DNA of 64,000 nucleotides from Haliotis rubra. Its lineage: Eukaryota. Positions 52,790 through 64,000 of the stretch are shown piece by piece. The position numbers and the translations under genes were made by a program. Position 1 is the first letter of the stretch, and each line of letters opens with the position of its first letter. The notes below the pieces were generated by a model. It ran no database searches. It was not told the DNA's origin and saw only the letters and a list, made by a program, of their open reading frames with translations. The stretch covers positions 248,001 through 312,000 of the forward strand of contig NW_025767033.1 in assembly GCF_003918875.1 (NCBI RefSeq). Direction: 5' to 3'.

Positions 52790-53839
52790 CTGAAACACAA
52801 ACAAACTCAATGAATATGCTTCCATACATACAAATGTCCGAAGGGGTCTCACGAACTCCACCGTCCACCATCTTCATATCAGACAGATTCCCCATGGACC
52901 CCGTACCTAATGAACGACCTAATATCCTCCCCAAATTTCCAATCTCCTAAGATCGGTTGTTTTCATTTCTCGAGTAATGAGTGAGAATAAATGTCCCATC
53001 GCTAACACTTGTTCCACAGTAGACGAGCTTCTTGACACGATTCAAAGACCCATGTGCCAAATGTTCACACAACCTTGTAATGGACAGGACATGGCGATAA
53101 ACCAGTGGAGATTCAATTAGCTGCCGAGGGGCTTATCGATGGAGGAAGACGGCCAGTACATTGATTTGTTAATGTAAAAGGCAAGGTAAGCCTAAGTCGA
53201 GACACCTAATCCAGAGCTTCTTGCAACACACTGCATCTGTTAATGCATCTTTTAATGCTTCTTGAACCACACACGTTCATGTGTAGGACATCTCAAGTTA
53301 CCTAGTGACGACTGATAGTCGGTTTTGTCAATTTATTCCGAACGTTTGATTTCAATTTTGAAATCTTTTGATAAAAAATGAATCTGTCTAAAAACAGAAA
53401 GGTTTGCTTGATGGTAACCCTCGATAATCTCCAGGGCATACGTTCCGATAAATCTCCAGCACTAGTGGCGATTTATCGGAAGGTATACCTTGGAGATTAT
53501 CGAGGATGCTTAATGGTTTACGATTTCAACAGATTAATCAAAGCTTTGGATACCGTGGATTCTCTTTATGTGCGTATATGCCCGTTTTAGTTGTTTGAGA
53601 GCTTGTGTGGGTGGTTTGGTCAGTGTATGGCTGAATGAATAAGCAAATATTGTTTTACGCCGAGGTCAGAAATATGAAGTTATATCATAATGAACAGAAT
53701 CGATTCAATGAGTTATCATGCCATGGCATATTGACTACGATGATATGAAAGAATAGTTTGGTTGTTATTACTTTGTATTGAGTAGTATACGTTCAAATCC
53801 CAAGTCGCCGATTTCACAGTATCACTCTAAACCGTACAG

Positions 53840-54188
53840 ACCGCCCCCGTGGTGTAGTGGTTAGAGCGTCCGCCCGGAGAGCGGAAGGTCGCGGGTTCGA
53901 TCCCCGGCCGCGTCATACCAAAAGACGTTAAGATATGGCACTTGTTGGTCCCTGCCTGGCGCTCGGCATTAATGGGTACAACAAGGACTGGTCGGCTCGG
54001 AGTCAGTATAATGTGTTTGAGTGGGATATTCATGCTTAACTGCAGTATGGTATCTCAGTGAGCTAGCACTATAAAACCAGCTTCAGTCTGGGCTAGTACA
54101 AGCAGCCACACATACTCACGCATGCGCGTCATCATATGAATGAAATATTCTCAAGTACGACGTTAAACCCTATTTCACCTCACCTCAC
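53840..54188 (+). mobile_element. tRNA-derived SINE family 3, full length
   Basis: A box TGGTGTAGTGG, B box GGTTCGATCCC, body GTCATACCAAAAGACG..., (CACCT)n tail, TSD CTAAAC(C/T)GTACA. Confidence 0.9.
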
Positions 54189-54371
54189 TAAACTGTACAT
54201 TGTAACATATCCTCGAAGTCAACACGGTGGTCAATAATATGAACATCGATTCACACCTTCAGGTGATGTTATCGCTTCGTAACTAAACCACTGTGTTAGA
54301 AAGCGGAGTCAACAGGAAGAGGGTGAGCGAGTGACAATGTCACGTCAATATTGTAGCTCCACGTTAACGAG

Positions 54372-54723
54372 TGAGTTTAGTTACGCCGCATATGTCCTTC
54401 ACCAGAGTTCCCGGCAAAGGGAGGTCACCACTCAAAAGCAGGGGAACAGTCCCACGTTTGTTATTACATTTCACACTCGAAATTCTGGCGCATATATATA
54501 TATATAGTGAGTGAGTGAGTTTAGTTTTACGCCACAGTTAGCAATATTCCAGCTATATGGCGGCGGTCTGCAAATAATCGACAGCATGAGTATCTATCTA
54601 CACAGTTGGGAACCGATGACATGTGTCAACCAAGTCAGCGAGCCAGACTACCCGATCCCGTTAGTCGCCTCTTACGACAAGCATGAGTTAGTGAAGATCA
54701 ATTTTAACCCGGACCGTCACGGG
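54372..54723 (-). mobile_element. Composite SINE-like family 2 insertion carrying ~115 bp copied from 51259-51376
   Basis: TSD TCCACGTT(A/T)ACGAG at 54358-54371 and 54724-54737. Confidence 0.85.
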
Positions 54724-57700
54724 TCCACGTTTACGAGACAGTCAGTGGAGATCCCGATGAATATAAATGAGACACACTTGAAATTGTTCAATTAGCCGAG
54801 AAGTTAATCTATGTAATGATGATTATGTCAAACTCCTAATGACTGATACTTAATTTCTGGATGCCTATTGGAACCCTTTAGCGCACATCCCGTTAATCTG
54901 GAGTGTTCAAAGCTGAATGGACCCAAACAAAAGCCATACGCACTACCAAATAAACCCTTAAGTAATATTCTCCCATACAAATCTTTACTAAGACGCAACG
55001 GTCTATTCAGTCTCCAGCTCGGCCAATAATCAACTATCTGCAATCGAGCCACCTATCATTTCAACTGCAAGGGGCCTGAAACCTACCATTTCCTGCCAAG
55101 TTACATTTAATAGTCCCTGCCTGCTCGTTCAGCGGATCACGCACGTCTTCTATGAAGTGGAGGTCTTCAGAGTGGAGAAACGTCTTACGTCAATAGACCA
55201 CCTGACATCTGATACCAGTCATCACTGGACAGCCAGACACTGATGAGCTGAGGTTGTGCGGACGCATACTGGTGCTGGGTAGCATTGGCATCTTGAGGGA
55301 ATACATCATAGCTTACTGTGTCTTGAAGGGGGTCAAAACTCTATCAAACTAGCAGCCCTTTGAAGTTTAAGACAAATCTTTTATCACTTCTTGTTATCCA
55401 AATTACCGAGACAATGTCTCCCCCGGAACCAGTCAGAAAGGACTTCCATGTTTATAGATGGTTTCTGGACGTTCTTCTCAGTGCCTTTCACATCGATATT
55501 TTTCCGTATGGTGGCGGTAGAATGCGGGGAAACTCTTTCTGTACTTTGTTTCTTGTGGAATGTTATATGGTTGCTAAAGCTGTTACATGGAACTGATATC
55601 AACGCCCTCCACCTTTATCACGAACGACACCCACCCCCATCCCACATCGCCTTCATCACACTACTTTCGTCACACCTCCCCCCACCTTCACGCCCCCATG
55701 CCTCCCCCCTATCTTCATCACACAAGCCCAACTTCATCACCCACCCACCTTCATCATGATACCCCTACCTTCATACTAGGCCCCCACTGCCTCTATACGT
55801 TTGATATTTCATCCAGGAACAATTCCCATGATGGCCAGCCATCCTCAAACTACATCTCCTGAAAGGTCTACGGACAATGGCTCCATGAGTCAACTGACGG
55901 TTGAATATGAAACACACTTCCCAGACCCGATCTTTCTTCTGCCATGACAAGGGAATGAATAACAAATTCAGGTTTGCAATATACTCAAGCCGACAAATGT
56001 CACGTCCATATGTTCCACCATCTTAGACCAAACCATGCTTAAACCAACACAATCAACTAATCTTTCCATATGCACGTACAATGACGAGATCTCTGGTGAT
56101 GTAGCCCACGTCAGTTGCACACAAACATGTCTCTCTAGGGCAGCATCTTCAGGGATACATGACAACGACAGCAGCGGTCAAACATCTGAGTCCGGGACCA
56201 TCTGAGTTTTCCCCATGCAAATATACGACCCAGTGATCCCACTACAATTAAATTAAATTAAATAGAATTAATCTAATTGAGATTTCTCCTATAGGAAATA
56301 CACAAACGTTTTGTCCATGCACAACGTTGAAGCCGCCATAAAGCTGGAATATTGCTGACTGTGGCGTTAAACAAACATGTTGAAACCATATAAACAGTGC
56401 CGTGAGTGATATTTGAGCTAATAATTATGAGTTATTAAAATTTTACCACTTATCTCATTTGACAAAAACGAAATTTTGATTTTTATATTGATAAACGTGC
56501 TTATCAAGCTCAAAGCTCACAAAAACTCTGGGCATAACTTTCTCACGTTCCAGGAGTCTAATTACATCGTCCATGCCGAGAACATACACATACCAGCACC
56601 AGTATTTCTTTACTTCAGACTACTGTAATCTTGAATTATGTTTTATGAAAATGGAAAGCACAGAAAATGATTCACATTCAAAGAGATAGGTGATTAAGTA
56701 TTGGAATTGATATTGTGTCACTTTTCAAGACATGAACATTAAGACGTGGCGGTTCATTGTTCTGGCATAAATGATTCTAAAGTGAAAAAATGGTGTTTTA
56801 AAAACCCTACATGTCAAAACCACGTATTAATAAATCAATGTCAATCAATTTCAGCACGAGCGCCCAACTTTTCATTGAAATAAAAGGCACTTCGGTTTAC
56901 GAAAGTCTTATGATTACGAACGTAACTGAATTTTGGTGAGGAAAAATATCGCTTGAAACTGTTCGTACTATTTTTAATCTATATATTTCCTGTTATCTTT
57001 AAGAAACATCTAATAACATTAGCTATCATATTGATTATATTTTTAATATCTCAAGAGAACGAAGCGGTAGAAATGGCGTTCTGTATTCAGCATAGAAAAG
57101 ATAATGATTCACACATATTTGTAATGGCTTTTCAATTTAAACACACTGTCAAATACAAGTATTGTGCGGCCGTTGCATTTAGATAGTAAAGCGATTGTGT
57201 CGAGGTCTCTGAAATATAGACGCTTTCAGAGCTTAATTAACTGATATATAGTCGCTTTTCAGAGCATTACGACCCCCTGGTCCCGCTCACAACCCCCACG
57301 AGGCTGAAGGCGACGTAATGCGCCCACCGATGTAACTCAATTCACCAATAAATATCGAATCGTAGTCGAGATCAATACTGTGGTGGGCACAGACCTATCG
57401 GTCTTCACATCTTTGTTGAGGATCAGGCCTCATTGATCTCTCACCAACTTGTGTGCTGTAGCCCTAATACCACAAAGATAAACACGTATGTCAAATAGAT
57501 TGCACGACCGAGAGGAAATGAAGTCCTTAATTTGTAAGCGGACAGGGACCGTGATGAAGCGCGTTCATTTTCTGGAACTGCAAAGGGTTTATTTCGGATT
57601 GCAAGGAGTAATATCACTCAAGATACTAGTTCTACAAAGAAAAAACACAAAATTGCAATTTATTGTAAATTGGGTCTAGACCTATCGTATACGTTTAGTT

Positions 57701-58741
57701 CTAATATCAGCTTGGATCATCATTAATATTACTGTTAACTCAATCAACACATTTATTCTTCAGCTAAACCCAAGTAAGCAAGAACCGGGACTGTTGGAAT
57801 ATGTTGTTTCAGATGTGAGATTTAGGCAGCTTGCCAGCCCCGAGGAACAGAGTGGTAATTGTCATTTTGGCGTCCTGGTGTTTATCAAAATGAAATTATA
57901 CTCATGGAAACGAATACGGGAACACATGAAAGTACAACTGTTCCTTAATTCTTTTCCATGTATTTTCACGAGATATGTATTGCACTGTGAGTTAAATTCT
58001 GGAATAAATGAAGGAACACTTGTACTTTCATGTGTTCCCTCATTCGTTTCTATGAGTATGTTTATCTAGTTCATGAAATTAGGAGAAATCGGTACTCACT
58101 AATATCATAGCCAATATATCGCAACATTTGATTCATTTGATGCTATCGTCCGGACACTCTTTTAACTCACAGTAACTCATGGCATAAATAGTGAAGTACG
58201 TCGTGGGCGACGTCGCCCACGACGTCGCATAAAAAGACGACGTCGCGCTTTGTAAAATATATTTTGGCTACAAAAATAACGGGCGACGTCGTGGGCGACG
58301 TCGTGATGGGCGACGTCGTGGTCGACGTCGCAGGCGACGTCGGACTATATCGAGTGGTTATCGGCCTCTGAACGTGGCTGACCAAGGTTACGTCTAAAAG
58401 AAGAATCGTTAAACGAAACAGGATTTAAAACGCAAAAAATGCTTCAGTCACTCCCGATAAACATTTCTGTCGACCCGAAAATGTTTTTACACCTATATCC
58501 AATCAAATACCACCCTAGAAGGCCACTGTTCATTGTATGTAAGGCATACCCATCTGCAAATGAAACGATCTCTTCCCCACACTCTAAACATAATCACCGC
58601 CACTATTGTTCGGTCCGGCATACCTCGGGCCGTCAAAAGCAGCTTAAACCTCACACATGTATCTTGAATTGCGTTTTAATTCACAGATTAGTATTACATC
58701 TACCTATATATCACTTTTCCAGCCCCTTTCTCTCCATTTTC

Positions 58742-58980
58742 ACCCGTAAAGGTCCGGATTAGAAAGTGCCTTCAGTAACCCATGCTTGTCGTAACGGGAG
58801 CGGGTGGTCAGACTCGCTGACTTGGTTGACATATGTCATCGGTTCCGAAATGCGCAGATCGATGTTCATGCTGTTGATCACTGGATTGTCTGGTTCATAC
58901 TCGATTATTTACAGACAGCCGCCATATAGCTGGAATATTGCTGAGTGCGGCGTAAAACTAAACTCACTCACTCACTCACT
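58742..58980 (+). mobile_element. SINE-like family 2
   Basis: Consensus match with (ACTC)n tail. Confidence 0.85.
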
Positions 58981-59789
58981 CTCTATTTTCAATATAGTTC
59001 TCAATCAAAAGTGTTAAGTTTCTGTTGGTCTCATTTTGGCCGGAGCTGTCAAAAGCAACTTAAACCTCGCACATGTATCTTGAAGTCTCACAGATGAATC
59101 CTAGATTCTGTTTACATCCAATGAATATAGTTATATCTATCTAAATACCACTTTATAGACCCAGTTTTCTTTGTAACATCACAATGTGGCATTTAGGTAG
59201 ATATAATACTGATCTATGGATTTAAACACATTTCAAGATACATGTGTGAGGTTTGTTGCTTTTGACAGCCCGGGCCAAGTCGGGCCGAACAGACTGAACA
59301 CTTTTGATTGAGGCTATTTTGAGGGTTGGCAGACAAGGGCTTCACTTTAACGGAGCAGTTACCTTTACATGTGGCATTTTGTAACATTTCAATGTGATAT
59401 GTAGGTAGATATAATACTAATCTATGGATTTAAGCACAATTAAAGATACACCTTTGAGGTGTTAGGTGCTTTAGACGACTCGAGCCAAGCCGGACCGAAC
59501 GCTTGTGACACAGTGTGTTTGTTCAGAATATATAGAAATGAAGGCTGCACTTCGAGCAACGTGTTTGCTTAAAATACTACGCTTTGAGACTCTATAAAGA
59601 AGTATTTAGGTACTAGTAGATATAATACCATTTTGCCTTTCATGTGTACTAGCAAATTTAAGCATATGCATACGCGCTGGCTATCGGATTTGGGCTGGTG
59701 TTGTTTACGGTTTAGAATACAATGAAAACACATAAGAATGTGTGTTTGTGTAAATGTATACTTTCTTTGATCCTTTATAACATATTACA

Positions 59790-60755
59790 AAAGGTTGTGA
59801 TTTAGTATATTTCTTTTAACATATATAATCATGTCATAATTTCCCATATAACATGGGGAGCAAATTATTTCGAAGCCATTGAAAATGTCCATGCATCTTA
59901 TTTTAAAAGATTTCTTACAGAAGGTATATTTGCTTCCAATAAAGCCATACTTGGCGAAACAGGATGCTATAACATGCATATTGAGAGTCAAATGAGAGTT
60001 ATTAGATACTGGATTAAACTTATAAGAATGCCTGATTATCGCTACCCCTATCAAAGCTGTCAAATATTGTTATCACTGGATAAATGTGGAAAGTATTCAT
60101 GGGCTTCAGATGTGAGAAATATGTTATTTTCAAGCGAGTTTTCTCATGTTTGATTTAAGCAAAATGTTGGTGATATAAAAATGTTTTGTCAACATTTAAA
60201 CAACGAATAAAAGATATATATTCACAGTTGGTACGCATCAGTCAATTCATCGAGTTTTCTTAGTCATTATTCACAATGTAAATCGATGTTCGGACCTGCA
60301 AAATATGTCAGTGTTCTTAATGATAAGTCCCTTTTAAGAATTTTTTTGTAAATTTAAAATCTCTCTTCATGCCTTAAAAATACAACGTTTTAGAAAAGAT
60401 AATAATATATTGGAAGATTTATCATGTTCTTATTGTTCTTCTGGTAAAACTGAAGACGAACGACACTTATTATTAGTCTGTAAGACTTTCTCTGCCTGCC
60501 GAAAGAAGTATTTAAAATGCACTAATGATGCCCCACAAACGATATTCAATGTACTTAATTCTAATAATGCTGATATTATTAAATCTGTTGCCATTTTCAT
60601 GAAACATTTGATGTCCATCCGTAAATCACATGTAAAATCATAATTTAATGTCACGTGACCAATAGTTGTAATTGAGTAACTTCAATTGTACTCTGGGCCA
60701 CTGGGCCTTAACTACTGAATAAAGCCTGTGTGACTGTCTGTGTGTCTATCTGTCA
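59790..60755 (+). mobile_element. 5'-truncated LINE 3' end nested in the MULE-like element
   Basis: Frameshifted ORF2 C-terminus (RYWIKLIRMPDYRYP; CSYC...EDERHLLLVC zinc knuckle), then AATAAA and a (TGTC)n-like tail. Confidence 0.8.
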
Positions 60756-62436
60756 TTGTCCAGGTACTCCATCAATGTCGGGTGGTTATTTGCAAGCCTG
60801 AACTTCAAGGTATCTAGTCGTTCCTCCAAATCTCTGTACTTCTATTTGGGGTCAGTCTTTGGCCGGCATTGTACTGAAGCATCTTTGCCTCGTTCAGTCC
60901 TTGTTCATCTTCCAGGAACTTGGCCATCTCGAATAGGGTGGGATGTTGTTTTACCACAACCTTCATGAGACGGCCATGCCAATTGCAACCCCGAGGTTGT
61001 TGTTTGTGCGGGGCCGTCAGTATTTTTGGTACAGTCGAAAAGATTCACTTTGACTTCGCTGTGTACAGGTCCGTGGTTGTGGTCTCCAGGTACTTGGGAA
61101 ATTATGTCGTTCACTGTTAAGACTGATATGCAGTCGTTCTGAATGCATCTCCACGAGATCCATTTTCCCCTTTTCTTCTTGTTCACAATAAACATATAAC
61201 CATTTACATATATGTATGTTCCACCACGAGAAGTATAAAGAAACCTATTGTGCATTTTCCATAACTGAATTTGTGGAAATGATGATGAAAACTGTCAATT
61301 CCAACATTCTTATAGCTTGCACGTTTATGTAAGAAATTGAATAACTCACTACTAATGAACTGAGTGAACTAAACTCACTCACTAAACCCGCTGGTTCACA
61401 TGTCAACCCGCTGGTACAAAAGTCATATTTCGTTTCCTGAGTGGAGACATTTTACATTTTGTAGAAAACCAGTGTTTTGATCCTTTAAAACAACACCGTT
61501 TTCACAACATCAAGCATCAACTAAATTTGACAGAATTTTTACTTAAGGTGTTCTGGCGCTTACCCCTTGATTGGTTTACTTAAATAAGTAGTAATGTTGA
61601 ACATGAAATCAGTGATTAGAGATCAATAGCAGTATAACTGCACCACAAAAGGTTATTCCCCGATTTTCCAATATAACAATTTCTAAACACGACGTCGCCC
61701 GCGACGTCGTAGGCGACGTCGACCTCGACGTCGTGGGCGACGTCGCCTTCGACGTCGTGGACGACGTCGATTTTGTATTTTGTCGTAGATCTCTTGTGTA
61801 TTTCTGCGACGACGTCGTGGACGACGTCTTACACGACGTCGTGGGCGACGTCGTCTTTTATGCGACGTCAGGGCGACGTCGCCCACGACGTAGTTCTTTT
61901 TACGCGCCACGCGATGGCAATTATAGGACACCATAAGGAGAGAGCGAGCGAGAGAGAGAGAGAGAGAGAGAGAGTACCGGTTAATTGATTGATTGACCTG
62001 CAACCTGCACCCCACACACACTTCCATTGTTACCCCGTGTGTTCTGACTAAATATACAAAGTATCACCATTCCTATTTCATACATAAACTATGGCGTCCG
62101 ACTGAACCTTCTGAGTGTAATTTCAGATTAAACATCGACTCTGAGCACTGAGGTGCCCTCGTGATGTATCACTGTCATCGGAACATCATTGTGCAACTCT
62201 CTAGGGTGTCTTCAGCATGCAGCACCATGCATTATCTACTCATTGTGTCAAGCATATCGTGCAACGTGAACCGTCCTCGTATTCTATGTTTACACCCTGC
62301 GGGGAGGTGAGATCAACATGCAGCATTATCAGCACATTATCCATCCCGTTTGAACCGATCTCTGTGTCGATATGACCAGCTGCCTTCGGACATGTCGATA
62401 TTGCTGCCATCGCAGTGTGATGCTATGAAGTGTCTT

Positions 62437-62597
62437 GTGAGTGAGTTGGGTTTTACGCCGCTTTTAGCAACATTCCAGCAACATCACTGCGAGGGACACC
62501 AGAAATTGGCTTCACACATTGTACCCATATGGGGAATCGAACCCGGGTTTTCAGTGTGACGAGCGAAAGCCTTAACCTCTGGGCTACCCCACCGCCC
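62437..62597 (-). mobile_element. SINE family 1
   Basis: Matches the family consensus. Confidence 0.85.
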
Positions 62598-62684
62598 TCT
62601 AACGTATCCCCTCAGAGTCTAGTACTTATAAGCATGGTAGGTATTTCAAGCAGATAACAACACAAGCGTGCGTGCGTGCGTGCG

Positions 62685-62725
<41 letters not shown>

Positions 62726-63077
62726 ACGCGCGCGCAGAATTGCTTCCTGCAAACAACCTAAGATACAGCACGACAATCATATTTAATGTGTTTTACAGCA
62801 TAATCGTGAAATTGCCCGGTACAGGGAGCTACTGGTACAAAAACTAAAGTGGAAACTTATGAAAGAGACACTGAAGGCTTCATGTTTAATGTAACATAAC
62901 GCAGCACACCATGACGAATATTTCCTTCTCATCTGTTATGGATAACTCAAAACTAATAATTCAATGCTGTGTGACATTTATATGTCCCCAAACCATACGA
63001 CGTAGGTTAGAAAACACTGGCACGTATTTCTCCATTAAAAATGTATAATGTATGAACCAATTCCGTCAATCTCAAGA

Positions 63078-63245
63078 GACTGACTGACTGAGTTTGGTTT
63101 TACGCCGCTTTTAGCAATATTCCAGCAACATCACGGCGGGGGACACCAGAAATGGGCTTCACACATTGTGCCCATGTGGGGATTCGAACCCGGGTCTTCG
63201 GCGTGACTAGCCAACGCTTTAACCATTAGGCTACCCCACCGCCCC
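63078..63245 (-). mobile_element. SINE family 1
   Basis: TSD CAATCTCAAGAGA. Confidence 0.9.
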
Positions 63246-63449
63246 AATCTCAAGAGAACATTCATTGAAAGTAATACCTGGTTCAGGGTAGCGTAGCCAT
63301 GAGTGTTTGACAACTACCTGTCTATTTAGCAGAATAAATGAACCTCTTCAACAACAAAGTGACGTCACTGATGTTTAACGAAACGGAATTTCGAATTATC
63401 GGTCTTTCGAAAATATACGTTGCAGGCGGACGCCAACCTCTCTGATAGC

Positions 63450-63577
63450 TTTTACGCGGCTTTTAGTAATATTCCAGCAATATCATGGCGGCTTCACAAA
63501 ATGTACCCATGTGGGGAATAGAACCCGGGCCTTCGGCGTGACGAGCGAACGCTTTAACCACTTGGCCACCCCACCGT
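63450..63577 (-). mobile_element. SINE family 1, internally deleted
   Basis: Matches the consensus with a deletion. Confidence 0.8.
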
Positions 63578-64000
63578 CTCTTGTTGAGGTCAACAGGGCA
63601 GTGGTGAGAGTAGACGTGGAGTAAACGGAGACAAGACGAAGACTAGACGAGGAGTAGGCAGAGAGTAGACATGAAGTAGACGAACATTAGACGGAGAGCT
63701 AGAAGAACATATAACAAGTCGTACCATGGAATGCAATGATTGTAAGGAAAGCAATATAGCCGTTTCCGCGGAGGACTTCAAACATTGACTTCGGCTTCTG
63801 TGTTCAATACAACCATACCACTTTGAAATAAAATAAATGTGTTTCCTATGAAAACGATTAAAGAATGTGTTTTATGTGAAACTGACGGTGCACAACATCC
63901 CCAAACTGTCATTATCGTGCCGACATGGAACAACTTCATTTGAATTTTGTCCGAAAGTAGACGATGTTGCTTTGACTATAGGAAAGGCATGACATTATGT

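Larger units (their letters stand above)
58172..61918 (-). mobile_element. Non-autonomous Mutator/foldback-like element with CGACGTCG-array ends and a FLYWCH-finger remnant
   Basis: The ends are inverted copies (TACGTCGTGGGCGACGTCGCCC..GACGTCGCATAAAA(A)GACGACGTCGC). ORF 61255-60905 has a FLYWCH pattern (TSRGG..IYVNGYMF...WRC....C...DHNH). Confidence 0.75.

Noticed and set aside
53843-53912. tRNA genes (here and at all SINE heads)
   Set aside because: They continue into SINE bodies and tails with TSDs, and have no pol III terminator after an acceptor stem.
55240-55250. CTGATGAG hammerhead core
   Set aside because: No helix II or GAAA follows.
56675-56730. Candidate USP first exon (...YLFE+T|gtgaat)
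   Set aside because: The upstream frame lacks the VxVDGS strand and hits a stop.
61683-62027. Protamine-like Arg-rich ORF
   Set aside because: A translation artefact of the CGACGTCG array and (GA)n repeat.

Overview
Eukaryotic, AT-rich, intron-containing animal DNA. The SINE families look like those of a gastropod mollusc, probably abalone/Haliotis (inference from repeat content). Five host genes can be assembled by hand from GT-AG splice sites with matching phases. (1-2) A head-to-head pair of 11-finger C2H2 zinc-finger genes (545-5951 minus; 7549-12283 plus). They share an ungapped ~60-aa Cys-containing N-terminal module split by the same phase-0 intron, a KRAB/ZAD-like architecture with a domain I cannot assign to a known family. 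(3) A small 2-exon death-domain-like protein with an RVxF motif (18387-21148 minus). (4) A type I membrane protein with an IgGFc-binding N-terminal domain (32427-36279 plus). (5) A universal stress protein whose first exon was not found (45255-52789 minus). The rest is dense with mobile DNA: two tRNA-headed SINE families, a third SINE-like family whose 5' end is a covarying pseudoknot instead of a tRNA, Penelope-type inserts with hammerhead cores, MULE/hAT/Kolobok-type non-autonomous elements, LINE 3' fragments and minisatellites. Top leads are the shared ZNF N-terminal domain and the pseudoknot head of SINE family 2.
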